Shown: positions 12,018 to 25,940, numbered from the stretch's first letter. The stretch is 64,000 nt of DNA from Lepidodermella squamata (GCA_047495785.1 JBLDXI010000017.1:3534001-3598000); one strand, 5' to 3'. Notes: generated from the letters alone by a model not told the origin. Numbers and translations are program-made.

Positions 12018-14153
12018 ATGTCTGGTGGTGCCTGTGCCGTTGAACAGCCGGTTGGGAATGGTATTGGTTATTTTAACAAGCAGCCTCTGCTAAGTACTTC
12101 ATGCCGGTCAACAATGTCTCAAATCACCAATGGTCACCCGAAAAATGGTTTAAACGGTACCCTCAAGAACACCGCCCCAATACAAGTGTCTAATGGATTT
12201 GGTCGCACCAAATCGACACCTGTTCAAGTTCCAAAAGTCGAAGCTAATGGAAAATATCACGAAAAACCTATCGAATCAGATAAAACAAACGAGGTAAGAA
12301 TTATTCGAGCTGCTGATCCTCGTTTACTGACCTATTTGATTTTTAGCTTCGAAATCGTCGAGGCATTACCGCCGAGACATCTACCGTTTCGCTCAACAGC
12401 AACAAAACTGAAAAAACGAAGGTTCATATCGAGTCCGGTGAAACGGTCGACTATCGTGAAAGTTTCGAAGAGACGCCGCTTTGGCCTGCCGTTCTGACCT
12501 ATCTGGGTTACGCTATTGTTATCCTTTTCGGTCATTTAGCGGACTTGCTGCGTCGGTGGGGAGTAGATCGTCGTGGCAAGAGAAAAGACCCTCTTGAGAA
12601 GGTACAGTCTCTAACAATGCGCGTAAATATTTGCTGCGCTCACGTCGTGTAATTACGCATTATAATAATCTCTTCTATAATACACAGCATGGCTTTGTTC
12701 CTCTCTACGCCGATTTCGAGTCGTTTTACACGCGCAACTTGTACCGCCGAATTCGTGATTGCTGGAACCGACCGATCGGCAGCTGTCCCGGTGCTGTCAT
12801 CGATGTTTTGGAACGTGACACTCCCGACGAGGGTTGGACTTTCCTTCGCACTGGTCGGAGAATCCGCGCTCTTAACATGGGCTCTTACAATTACCTGGGT
12901 TTCGCGGAACAGGCTGGTCCTCGCGCCGATGCAGCGAAAGAGTCGATCCGCCAGTACGGTGTTGGCGTTTGCAGCCCTCGCCAAGAAGCTGGGTCATTGC
13001 AACTGCACCGCGAGCTCGACAGCCTTGTCGCGGAATACCTCGGTGTGGATGACGCTGTAACATTCCCGATGGGCTTTGCCACAAATGCTTTGAATCTGCC
13101 GTGTTTGATCGGCAAGGGTAGTCTAATTCTTTCTGACGAGCTGAACCACTGCTCGCTGGTCCTCGGCTCTCGTCTCTCTGGTGCCACCATTCGCACGTTC
13201 AAGCACGGCGATGTCAGTGACTTGGAGCGCAAGATTCGCCACGCAATTGTCGAAGGCCAGCCACGAACCCATCGTCCGTGGAAGAAGATCCTGATCGTCG
13301 TTGAGGGCATCTACAGTATGGAGGGTTCGTTGGTGAAGCTGCCCGATGTCATCCGCCTCAAGAAGAAGTACAACGTAAGAGTAGACAATTTTTAAATGCT
13401 ATCAATTATTCACTGTGAATCTTAACATAGTGCTATCTGTACTTGGACGAGGCTCACTCGATTGGCGCCATCGGTCCATCTGGCCGTGGTGTTTTGGATG
13501 TGTATGGCTGCGACGCCAAGGACATCGACATTTTGATGGGAACATTCACGAAGAGCTTCGGCTCTGCTGGCGGCTACATCGCCGGGAACAAGAAGCTCAT
13601 TGACTTCATTCGTGCGACCTCTCACGGCTCTGTTTACGGTGGCTCCATGTCGGCACCAGTTGCAATGCAAATCATTGCGTCATTCCGCACGATCATGGGC
13701 TTGGATGGCACCAACGATGGTCAACGACGAATCCGTCAGCTGGCTTGGAACACCCACTATTTCCGCTACCACTTGCACCGCATGGGCTTCATCATTTACG
13801 GCAGCCGCGACTCGCCCATCGTCCCGCTGATGCTGTTCCAACCGGCTAAGATCGCCGCCTTCGGCCGTGAAATGCTCAAGCGAAACATTGCTACTGTCGT
13901 TGTTGGTTTCCCTGCAACGCCCATCATCGAATCCCGCGCTCGTTTCTGTCTCTCTGCAGCTCACACGAAAGAAATGCTAGACGCGGCACTGAACGCCATC
14001 GACGAGGTTGGCGACCTGCTGAAACTGAAGTACTCACACAGGCCAGAAAGCGTACAGCGCGAGCTTGCGTGTCCACCCCCGCCCATCGATGACTTTTTGA
14101 AACAATTCGAGGGCAACTCGACTGAGTCGGTGCTTACGGATCAAAAGCAGTGA
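12018..14153 (+). CDS. SPTLC2: Serine palmitoyltransferase subunit 2 (LCB2), 4 exons, 646 aa
   Basis: Exons 12018-12293, 12347-12601, 12688-13374, 13431-14153 in frame. Motifs [49 protein letters not shown] and the PLP-lysine motif GTFTKSFG. Confidence 0.96.
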
Positions 14154-15811
14154 TTCCTGTAGCAAATGACTCGCATCGCATCACATTCATCATAAGCAAA
14201 ATATGCGAATATGATAAACGTTGAATTTGTGTGTTAACGTGAAATTATGTCTTCATTTCATTATAAAACGCTTCTTTTATAACAGATCGCCTTTTGCGCC
14301 CGAGATGTTCGTCAAAAAGAATTAAAACTGAGAGTTTATAAGCGAAGTTTGTTTTGAATGAGTCTGTGACGGCGCAAAAGCTTGACGTGAAGTTGAAGGT
14401 TCGCGCTGCCTATTAGCGCTCGGGCTTTTGTTACGCACGAGTGCTGTTGGCCATGTGCGTCTCATCACCATCATCGTCGCCACAATTTATAATAACGTTG
14501 ATACTAAAAAATGATAACTTGAAGCGAATGGTGTCTTTCTTTCTCGTGTGAATATCACCAATGTTCTGACCTTTTGAATGTGGCGCTAGGAACTGGCAAT
14601 ATGGCGTCCGCTGGCTGAATGTAAATTCATGCTAGGGCGTTTTACCACTCAAGAACAAATGAATAATCAGCATAAACTCTGTTGCAGCGCTCATTGAAAC
14701 TATGTCACCTTCGCTTGATAAAACCGAAATTCTAAGACCATCATAGGGTTGATTGCTCGTAGTTTTTCTATCAGATGATTTGTAGCTGTATGTTCTCAAC
14801 AACAAAATAAGATTTCAATCACTTACTGTTCCTCTCGTGATGTCTGTTTTATAGCGTTTCCTGTATCTTGTTGTGCCGCTTCGTTGTCACCTGTGTGTGA
14901 GACTTCACTGTTCCACCGGACACACCAGACACAGGAGAAAAATTCTATACAAATGCGTTCATCATCTTCTGTTAATGTGTCTTTTTTGTCTTTTTTACAT
15001 ATAAAAACACATCATTTTTACTTACTTATGTCTCAATGACGCAATTCACGCGATTCGTCGCATTTGTATTTGGTGGCATGGTGTTCATTACGCGAGGATT
15101 GGCTCCTCTTTCATTCGAATGGTAGATTGACTGCAGTAGTCTATGCTATATTGCGTTGCTGGCAAGCCTTTTTCGCTGGTAGTAGAGCTGGCTTGCGATT
15201 GGAAATTATATTTGAAAATGGTGGACTAATTTATGAAATATTCATATAATAGCAACAGCCCTGTGCCTCGGTTGCAATCGGTTGTGTTCTGCATTGCGTT
15301 CTCATCACCGTGATCATCGCGTTCGAATTCTCGCGTTCGTGGCTTCTTTGTGTCACACAACGCTTTTCTATGTGTTTTAACGCTGCTGATCGTGCGCAGT
15401 CCCTTGAAAGAAATATCTACCTGCGATGATGTACTTTTTCCAAGCTTGCACGCCTAATGTACCGTCATGTGCGACCTTAGCTTGGCTTCTACATAAAGGG
15501 AACATTTCGTTGTGCGACATCATTCTATCGGCTCATATCTTGGAAAATACAGTAAAGTTTATCTTTTAAATCAAAATTAAAGAAGCAACTATATTCTATA
15601 TAAGAACTCCTTTGAGCAGTTGATTCATTTATTCGTCCCTAGTTTATAATAACTTGACTGATTTATCAACTTGAAAATATTGCGAAGTACCTGCTGTTTT
15701 GTGATTTGAATGTTTAATGCAATTATTATTAATTATTACTATTATTGATAATAAAGCAGTTACGTTGATAGAACCATTTTTATTTTCCAAGTAACGTTAA
15801 ATGACAGCTGA

Positions 15812-16697
15812 TTAATCGGAAAAAATGTTGTCGGTCCTTTCGTGAATCGGACTCGGTTGAACAACCCGCAGCGCGGTATTGTGTTGGAGATGGCGCCGCT
15901 TATTGTGGGCTTTGTCTCGGCCATACATTGAGCGAATGACCGAGTCCTACAAAATCACCGTTTTTTCTTAAGATTAGCAAACAAATCACGAAAATTAAGT
16001 TATAACAATTGATTAAATTGCTTACGTCGATCAGGAGAATATCACGGTATTTCCTGCCTTCGTCTCGCCGCCTTCGTCGAAGCACCGTCTCGCTAGGTTC
16101 GTCATCAGATTCACTGTAATCGTACACATCTGGCGGCGCTGAGCCAGGTTGTTGAGGCTGTTGATTTGCGATTGGAGGTAGAATAGGTGTCGACCAAGGC
16201 GCGCCCATAGATTTGTTTAGCTGCTGCATTCCCATGAAAGACATAGGAGCTGTCTGTGTCGACGTCATCACTGTGCTGGCATGGAGAGGCATCATCGACG
16301 GTAGACCGAAATACGGGAATTGCGGTGGGTACATGGGCGGGTACATGGGCGGATAGCAATGAGGGTGGTGACAATGCGGCCAAACTGGTGGCTCGGGAGG
16401 TGCTAGTGAGAGATTTTGTTAAATTGGGTTTAAAACGACTAGTTGAGAGCTTACTGATTATTGAAAACGGCTGATCGACGTAGTGTACTAAAACAATGTT
16501 GGCCCAATATTGTCTTTGCACAAAAATTTCTGAAACTAACCTGTTTTGTTTTTCTGAGGCACACTCATCTCCGCCATTTTCCTATCATTATCTGCTTTAA
16601 CGGCAACACTCTGGTTGCGACTAGGAAAGACTGCTGTCACTTGGGTCTTTTGCCCAGTCAACGGTTCTTGCGTTGTCACAAAATATACACCTGGCAT
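15812..16697 (-). CDS. Orphan Pro/Met/His/Gln-rich protein, 4 exons, 233 aa
   Basis: Exons 16697-16541, 16487-16455, 16402-16026, 15946-15812 total 702 nt with no internal stop. GT-AG introns of 53, 52 and 79 nt. No family recognised. Confidence 0.7.
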
Positions 16698-17062
16698 ATT
16701 TCGGAACTTGGAAGGTTATGTCGGTAAAAAAGGCAGTGTCTTGGGTATGTCCAAGGTTGGTGCACACTCAAAACGAATGGCGTATTACTTCTAAGACGCA
16801 GCAGCGACGCATCGCGCGGATATCAAAAAAGTAAATTGCGCTGCCTAGGAACCAAAAGCAAAAATTAGACTGTACTAGTGATACTTCAGGGAGTACTCGT
16901 CTCATTAGGAGGCTGAATAGGAATGCTGAATAAGCCCGAGACCGCCAGGAAAATAAGCGAAGACCCATTCAAACATTAATTTTTCAATACAGCAGTTGAC
17001 GCATATAAACCCATTTTCCAAAGCATCGTACGGCAACAATTTATTAAATCTAGAAATTGTCC

Positions 17063-18337
17063 ATGGCTTGCTCGTGGGGTGAAGATTACAGCCATTATCA
17101 CCACGATCCTATGTGGGATCATCATCAGGCTTACCATCACCATTTGCATCATCACCAACATCTTGGCTTTCAGCCGATGTTGCCCCCGCTCGTACAACAG
17201 ATTGCCCCACCAGCTTTTGATGCTGGCGCAATGACTAGTTACTTCATGCAAAATGCTCTAATGATGCAGATGCAACAGCAACAACAGCTTCAGCAACAAC
17301 AACAACAACAGCAGCATCAGCATCAACTTCAAGCGACTCAACCGCAGCCTCTACCCGCGATTAGTATGCAGACATTACTTTTTACTAAACAATACTCTGT
17401 AAATTAAGAGTCTACTGTATATTTAGACGGTTATGATCAGGGGCCTCATTATAACTTTGCATTTCACTTAATACGCGGTAATGCTTAATCCAGGTATAGT
17501 AAGGAAATATTAGAATATTAGAGCGCGTAATTTAGGCTAATGACAAAGTAGAGCTATGATTTAATTTGACCGCAAAAATGGGACCCAAAAAGCGATTTCG
17601 AGCCAATTTTTTTCCTGTCAAATAATAAAATAAAATAAGCAAGATAAGTAAGGTATGACTCTATACGTAAACTCTTATCTTTTCAAATATCTATAGAGGA
17701 AAAGGATAAAAAGGAAAATATAGCCGCAGAATCGCTTAAAATGATTCTCACATTTCCAACAATTGTTCCATGTTGTGATTGCTTTCAAGCTCAAGGGAAA
17801 AAGAAACGATTAAAGATTCGAAGCAACCCTGTACTGGAACCAATCGATATTCGTAGCAAAGGAAGCATTAGCAAGATTCCTGTTACAATAATTGACGATC
17901 AGCCAAATCAATTAGATGTCAGGTCTGTATTCTCTCAACTTTATTGCATTATAAGCTCTCCATTATTTTGCAGTCAAGTAATTGTCTTCGACGACGAGGT
18001 ATAATAACGAGTGATTTCAAGTTTACCACGTCTATATTATCTTTTTTGAAAGGGTATAATGGAACTTAACAGTTTAATTCGGGCGCCATGCAAATGTCGG
18101 TGCTGCACAGCTGCTCGAAAACATCGCAGATATGGCCAAGATCTGCTTCACGACGAAGATGAATGCGAGTGCGGCTCTTGCTACCATCACAACCGGCCTT
18201 ATGTTCACGAGAACGATGGGCGTAACGTGACAGGAAAACTTCAAGGCTCTGCCGAGGAAGATGAAGAGGATAATATAGTCACAACATCTATGAGGCGTTC
18301 GAAGAAACACGGAAAGAAACATAAGCGAAAGAGGTAG
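17063..18337 (+). CDS. Orphan His/Gln-rich protein with Cys clusters and basic tail (join of exon 1 to later exons uncertain)
   Basis: Exon 17063-17363 (His-rich, polyQ) ends in phase 1. Exons 17697-17922, 17974-17998 and 18053-18337 join in frame via 51- and 54-nt introns and start in phase 1. Could be two genes or have extra exons. Confidence 0.55.
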
Positions 18338-19349
18338 ACGTGGCTGGGTTGAGCTTAAAATGTGTTGTGTACGTCTTTGGCTCCTTTCAAGAAGAGATAA
18401 CGAATAAATCATGTTGATAAAGGCTAAGCTATACTTGGTTTCGCTGCATGTCTGGTCACGAAAGGTTCGTGTATGGCCCATCATGGTGGTCGAAATTTCA
18501 GTTGCGCGAAAATTAATTGCCCGCAAACAATTGTTCACAAAACTAAAATAATTGTCGAGATTTTTACTGATAGCAGTGAATGAATCGGCCAGCGTTTGAT
18601 AGTGAGGAACAAAACTGCGTTTGATTTGAAAGAGTAGGGCTCTTTTGCTTGGGTACCTGCGAACAGAAGAAGGAGAAGTTGAGAAGTTTTCTTGCTCATT
18701 TCTTAGTACTTGGTATTATGAAAAACTACCCAAGCCGTTTAACACGAGCAAAGCTGGATACCATTTAGAATTTCCGCTGATTGGCTGAGACAAATGAGAC
18801 GAGGCATCTGATTCTTGCCCTTATCGGCACATTTTTGTCAAATGAAAATGGGTGTTGCGGAATGATGAATTAGCTGGCAAAGCATTCGTTTTGATGCTCA
18901 GAAAAGAGAAAGGGCCTGCATCCCTTGCCTCGTCTCAAAAGAGCCAATGAAGAATCGCTGCCATTTAACTGATAGCCGATTTTCCGTCCAGTGGTTCTCA
19001 AATAAACGAGCCGCGCATGCCCGATCAATAGCCTTCGATAATTGAAGCTTTAGCAATCACTTTATTAAGCAAAAGAAGGACTGAAATTGTTCGGTTGTGG
19101 AACCAAGTCAGAGGCTCTTAATGCCATAGAGAAACTTTTAGATGCTGAGATTTCTAAGGGGTGCGGGCAGACAACCCGAACGCCTACCCGCAAGAGCCTG
19201 CAACAAATTTTCGGGAAAAATTCTTTTATTTGAATGCGGCCCAAAGAATATCCGTCTTGATGTTAAGACCTGGAAATATATTTATGTATGTATTTTGCGT
19301 GTAATTTTTAATTTTTTAATTTTGCTTACAAGGCTAGCGTCCATAGTGA

Positions 19350-19892
19350 GCCTTCCTGCGCAGCGCAAACTTTCGCGTAATTGAAGGCAGCCTCCATTCG
19401 ACTCGTTCGACGCCACCGCTCTCCTCAAACAATTAGGTTGGCTACCAATGGACGGAAAACGCCTAATCCACGAAATGACTCTAGTTTGGAAATGTTTGCA
19501 CTCTCAAGCACCTGCTCTCATCAACAACTTGATCAACAAACCATCGTCCGATCACAAAACCAGGCTTAGCATTTAGGATTGCTTATTTAGTAAAACCGCA
19601 GGCTTAGCTGCTCTGACGGCGTCGAAACCCCTCGACAAGCTCACCATCTCAGCTTTCGATTTCGTGCTGCTAGCAAGTGGAATGATTTACCGCTATCGAT
19701 AACCCGAAAATCCGAAGATCCTCAGAGACGAACTCCTGAAAGTACTGCTGAAAGCAGAATACGTGGACGATTTCGTCTACGCAAAGAAGAGGTAACTTGC
19801 CACCTTACCTCGACGCGCCCATCTGCGTCCGTTGGATGGAAGACCGCCTTAGTGCGAATCCAACGCTATTATACATACATACATACATACAT
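19350..19892 (+). mobile_element. 5'-truncated, degraded CR1/L2-group non-LTR retrotransposon
   Basis: Translates to LLKQLGWLPM...HEMTLVWKCLHSQAP and SFRFRAASKWNDLP, typical of CR1/L2-group ORF2 C-termini. Contains stops. Ends in a (TACA)5 tail at 19872-19892. Confidence 0.8.
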
Positions 19893-20874
19893 TAACATTT
19901 CGCTTTCCTGTCAGCATTTGGCGCCTCTCCCGTTGCTTCGAACTGAAAAACTTATTGAGATACTCAACCCATGGCATCTAGCATCTAGTATTTCCCAAGG
20001 TAAAAGATAGCCCCTGTCGTTTACGCCGCGTTCTCTTCGGTGTTTTTTTCTGATTACTGTACAGTGTACAGTGTACAGTCGAGTACGGTTGGCTGACTGT
20101 ATTTTCCCATTATCTTACGCTTGCTGTACTCGGTGTACAGTCGGACTTTTTCCGAAGTGCGAGTTCTTCCCCGACGTGGACAATGTTGCTCACATCTAAA
20201 TGCGCAGCAGAAAACTTCGTATTATCTTGAACACATCTTTCACTCGTGTGAAGGATGCGTTTAATGAGATACTGAGTTTCATTGGGCTAACTCGAGAGCT
20301 ATTCTTAGCGTAAATTTCTCGGCGTGAATTCGAAATATTAGCATGGCTGATACATCGAACATCGAACAAATACAATTGAATGCTCAAACTAGATTTTTAG
20401 TTGCACCTTTTGTTCCGAAGGAACGAAAGTGACCTCTTGAGCATTTTCCGTGTTGCCCTTTCCCCTTTTCTACATCAGCCATATGGAAGATGGAAGCACC
20501 TCCGAATTCCAAAAGGGCAGGGTTTTTTATGTTTGATCCGATTACAATGCAACTAATCACTAATCACTAATAGATACAACTTTCACAGGCGTTGTACACT
20601 CTGTACGACGCATGTATGTGTCATGAGCACGCCATCCTCATCGCACGCATTTTATATGTAATCACTATATATGTCTTGGTGGAGCTCTAGCTTGAAAGCA
20701 ATTGGGTGATTTCAGCGAAAAGATTTTGGTGGCTCGATCATATTTGCGTCAAATCACTGTCCAATATTACGAAAAACCGTTATACCCAAACGTTTCTCCC
20801 GGCGCGATCGTTATTTTCTCAACACTGATCATGTAGTATTGACTAATTACAATATTAAGCTAGGTAGTATTTAA

Positions 20875-21521
20875 ATGGCGGAGCTGCACGTATTTGGTCA
20901 ACTTGTTGGCGCTAGCGGGTTTCCAAACGACCATCGGCTATTTTGTAAATGGGGTGTTGCGGCTGGTATGTTTTTCTTGCTACGATATTAGTTAGATCTA
21001 TTTATATCTCTTGAAATTTATTAAGGAAATGCTTGGCGGGTCCTGGAAGGAACGAAAGAAGGCCAGACACAGGTTGATCATCCTGCTAACCAATCATTCG
21101 CCGTCTGGGCACATCCTATTGATGTTCACTTCGCCACAAAGGGTCTTCAAGGTAAGATCAAATGCTATTTTTATGAAATAGCAGCCCTATAATTATCATT
21201 TTATCAGGGTGGCCTAAGCTTTATTTTCAAGTTTGGAGGCATGATGAACACGGTAGATCTGAAATTTGTGCATATGGATTCTCGCATGTTCCGACGGCGC
21301 CCGGTTTCCATTCAATCGACACCCCTACATGGAGGCCTGTGGGCTCATTCTGGGAAGAAATTCAAAAGCGCTTTGTTGGAGGCGGCCCCGAGCTTCGTGA
21401 CATAGATAATGTGTACAGCAGCCCTGAAAGATTCAATCTACAGACTGCTACTATGGGCAGAATTCACATGACGTTGAATGTGGTACTGCGACACTTCGAT
21501 AAATTTGCTGTTGAATATTAA
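20875..21521 (+). CDS. B9D2: B9 domain-containing protein 2 (ciliary transition zone), 3 exons, 176 aa
   Basis: Exons 20875-20965, 21026-21151, 21208-21521 in frame. [17 protein letters not shown]...[41 protein letters not shown]. Confidence 0.95.
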
Positions 21522-21644
21522 CTGAACCCGGAAAGGCTCGCCTGACTATCTGCTCACTACTCACTTTTGTCACACCTAATGTCACATATTATTACCGAAA
21601 GTTACAAAATAAACAAGTAAACGAGAAATAGGTATATTTTTATT

Positions 21645-24600
21645 TCAGAGGCAATTAACAACACCATGACATCTGTTACATAATTTGTCGCGGTCAACTG
21701 ACCATCTTCGACACCTGATACACTTCACATCATGAGCCAGCTTAGTCCACGATAGCGAATAATTCACGCTTGTCCCGTGCCAAAGGATAGAATCTCGGAG
21801 TTGTCCCTCAGCATTACTAACTGGATCGCTGGAAGCTTCAATAATTTCGCAACTGTTTGTGTGGAAAACTTCCGACGCCAAAACGTTCACGGCACTTTTT
21901 TCAACACCGGAATTAGCAATGTCACGCAGATGTTCAACTAGTGATTTGCCATTACTATCGAAAGATAAAAATAGCCGATAATCAGACGAATCCGTGGGTG
22001 CCGCTGTTTGGAGCCATCTTTCACGAATTTCAAGAAGTGCGGTGATTGTTGCAGACAACTGATATTGCCATGATGACAGAACGTCAGCGGCGGTATAGTT
22101 CTGTTCAAGAATCGTACTCGGATGCGCCTTTGAAGTAGCAAGTGTTAGATGACGTGATATATCTTCCGAGGTAAACGGAATCAAGGGTGCTACAAGGCGT
22201 GACAAAGAGTCGGCAATCAACTCGAGAGTTGTAATGCAGGATTGCCGACGATGCGAGGCAAGGGAATCACAGTACAGCCTGAAATATAACGAATAGGGAA
22301 GCAATCAAGGATTTTAGATGAGCAATGACAAATGAACAGACCTGTCTTTCACAGTGGTGAAATAAAATTGAGACAAATCGGCAGTAAGAAAGCGCTCAAA
22401 TAGATGAACAGCTTTCCGAAAATTGTAATCATCATATTCCTTGATTACCTGGAAATTAGAAGACAGCTGTAAAGTATTTTCTCAACCCATATGTATCAAG
22501 TTAATATAGCTATAAGGTTGAATTTTTCTATTACTTGCCAGGCTTAGATAATATATCTTTCATCCGGCTTTTGTTACACATAGTTTATTATCCTAATTAC
22601 AGACACCAAGTAAGCTGAAACTGAAAACGTCAGGTAGAAATTTGAAGATTATTGAAGAAAAGAAATTATATACCATACTGCCCGAAGATGTTACAAATTT
22701 CAGTGTATTTTGGGACTATCTTCTCTGAAAATTTCTCAGTAAGCTCGTTGGTTGCTGGGTCCATCATTCGAAAAACAAAAATGTCAAGGCTTTAAATTCA
22801 TTGCAGTGCGGTATTTGAAAACAGCTGAATGAAAAATATAGATGGTAATATTAACAAGGGTGTTGCTATTGGCACATAATTATGTGCCTCTTATTGGCTA
22901 TTGGCACATACATTATGTGCCCCTTAATGGCTATTGGCACATGACGCTAATTTAAAATTTCGATGTTTTAGAAAATCACGCATCGAATTGTTCCAAGAGT
23001 ATTGATACCAGGGTTTTCGTCAACGGGGAATCGAATGGCGATATCGAAATTGCAGTTAAGGGCCCGCAAATTGGGGTATCCGTCATCTAATGGGTAGCCC
23101 AAGTAGAGTATCTGAGGTCTGTCGCACAGCTACGTGAAATCCGACGATTCCAGTGAATTCGCCACCCCTAGATTGCTAATTCAAAGTTGAAATGCTGGTA
23201 TCTAGGAATTAAACTCCCGAAAAAAGCAGTTGAATGAAAAATTTTATGTGCCAATAGCCAATAAGAGGCACATAATTATGTGCCAATAGCCACACCGTAT
23301 TAACAATAATATTCATTACCTCGTTGTTAAGCTGAGCAAGCCGATGAAGAATGTAGCGATCCAAGTGGATAAGCTGATCGACGTCGATGTTGTAATTATT
23401 TCCAGCTTTCAAATTTCCCAACATAAAGGCAAAGGTGTTCCGAAATCGAATCAAGAGCTGGCGACATTCACTCAACGACGAAGTTCCTAAATGACGAGGG
23501 TTTCAAGATTACGGGTGAAACATGAAAGGTGAATTATATTACCAAGTTTTACGAGAGTTTCATTCATACTGCGAGCTGCCCAGAGTCTCATCCCATCGAG
23601 CCCAACCGCGGGAAGCTGTCGAGTTTTCGAACCATTTATGCAATCGGTAGGGTCAACAACGTTCCCGACAGATTTCGACATTTTCCGACCTGATTCATCG
23701 ACAACAAAGCCATGCCACAACAACTGCCTACAAAAACTTGAGCTTTAAACAAATGAGTACAACATCAAACTTACTTATAAGGCGCTCTCTTTTGAGTAGC
23801 AACGGAAAGTAACAGAGAAGACAGAAACCAACCACGGAACTGATCGATACCTTCCACGTATACATCCGCAACGCGGTGTCCGTCTCCTTTAAAGGGCGTA
23901 CCGGCGTACCATGATGCGCCGCTGTCAAACCAAACATCTAGAATGTCTCTCCCTTTCACCAGATCACATAGCGATAGCTAAATTGTGGGTAATTTCATCA
24001 ACAACATGGCAAATTATCTGGGAATTATTACGTTTGCCGCTGCGGCCTCTGATTCAGAGATGAATTCGCTGACGGGAAGTGTCCACCAAACATCGGTTGA
24101 TTTGTGGCGCTTGAAGGTTGCCAAGATTTTATGAAGGATATTTGTATCCAACACTGGTTTCTCATCTGGAACTTGGAATAATACAGGAATGGGGACGCCC
24201 CACGCTCTCTGGCGAGATATACACCAGAAGTCACGAGAAGATATCAACCTCGAAAATTCACGGCGTAGTGACTCGGGGTGAATTTTTACATCACGGAGAA
24301 TTTCCTGGTAAAAATCATCATTTATAAAATATAACTTCAACGTGACTTGAAACGTACCAGAGCTAATTCTTTGACTGGACGTAGATCTATGAACCACTGT
24401 TTTGAGGCTCTTATCATTACTGGAGCCTTAGTTCGCCAATCGTACGGATAGCTGTGAACAATGCGATCGATTGCCAACTGATGAGCATCGTTCACATTTT
24501 CTTTTAAATGCGCTAGAATTGCAGCCACGCCGTCTTTTTCGTCCATCGCCGTACGCCCCACAAGACTGGGAACCTGCGATGCCGTCGTGAATTTCCCAGA

Positions 24601-25940
24601 CTCGTCGATTGGACAAATGTTAGGCAGGTCATGTTTTACGCCAAGTTCCCAATCTTCATGTCCTAATTAATCCAATTTTTTTCTATTAAAATGATAAAGG
24701 AACCTTGAAGTTTGTTACCATGCACAGGGGCAATGTGTACAAGGCCTGACCCAATATCACTGGTGACATGGTTGGAAGGAATTAGTGGACACAATCTAAA
24801 AAATGTATAAGTTCGACCTAGCAAATTTTCACTGATGAGCGACTAACTTAGTGGAATTGAATGGATGGCGATATCGGATATTTTCAATCTCAGACAACAA
24901 CATCGAGTTACTGCTCGAGCGCTCAAAGCGAAGCCCAGTTGTTGAAGAAATGCGATCAGCAACAGCAGTTGCCATCAAGTAACGTCGCGTCTCACATGTT
25001 GACGGTTCGCAATACCAAGCATACTCCATATTAGGGTTAAAAGCCACAGCCTCATTAGCAGGTAGCGACCATGGAGTCGTTGTCCATATCACCAAGTAAT
25101 CGTTAACCTTAGTGCTCATGGACGGTGACAAGCCGAGGGCTACGTAAGCGGAGAGACTAGAATGCGAGTTGTTATACTCCAGTTCAGACTCTGCTATAGC
25201 CGTTCGTGATGTTGGCGACCAATAAACTGGCTGCAAATTCTGAACAACCAATCCACTCTCCGCTAGTTTACCGAAGAGATCAAGTTGCGCGCTTTCGTAG
25301 CCAAAGTCGACTGTGCGGTAGGCATGAATCCAATCCGCCATAATACCCCATGACTTGAAGTCAGACATCTGACTTTTTATTGTGGACAAAGCGCTCTCCT
25401 TACAAGCAGCCCTGACGTCAACAGGATTATTCCGTGGCGATTTGTGTGACTTTTGAACGGCCATCTCAATGGGCAGGCCGTGGCAATCCCACCCAGGCCG
25501 GAAGAACACCTTTTTTCCTTTCATTACTTGATGACGAATGATCATGTCTTTCATCAGCTTGCGTAGTTAAACGGCATATTTAGTACTTGACAAGTTAACA
25601 AGGCAAAATTACTTTGTTGAGAGCGTGACCAACGTGCAATTTCCCATTAGCATACGGTGGCCCATCATGAAGAAAGAATGAGGTTGAGGCATGTTTTTCC
25701 AACTGGCGCTGATAAAATTCATTCCACTGAAAAACTATTGATTTTGCCAAGGATAAAAATTGCCATGGTTTAACCACTCACTGTCTCCGAAAATTTGATG
25801 GATTGCGCGCTACCGATTTTCGCCAAGTCGTGCACGTTGAATGATGTTTTAGGTAATAGAATTGTCTTTTTCCAACGGGAGTTGACTTCAGCAATATCCG
25901 AATATGATCGATTAATGACAGTTAGACAGAGTCTAGACAT
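21645..25940 (-). CDS. IARS2: Isoleucyl-tRNA synthetase, mitochondrial type, multi-exon
   Basis: [25 protein letters not shown] (HIGH motif), [62 protein letters not shown]-terminal CxxC...CxxC. Junctions checked are GT-AG. Confidence 0.95.
22858..23297. mobile_element. Mutator (MULE)-type MITE inside an IARS2 intron
   Basis: 52-bp TIRs (22859-22910 / 23245-23296, one mismatch) flanked by the 9-bp TSD TATTAACAA (22849-22857, 23298-23306). No ORF. Confidence 0.9.

Noticed and set aside
12640-13964. Overlapping antisense and alternate-frame ORFs in SPTLC2 (likewise in MCM6, PUM3 and the LIM gene)
   Set aside because: Shadows of codon-biased real genes; no motifs or splice support.
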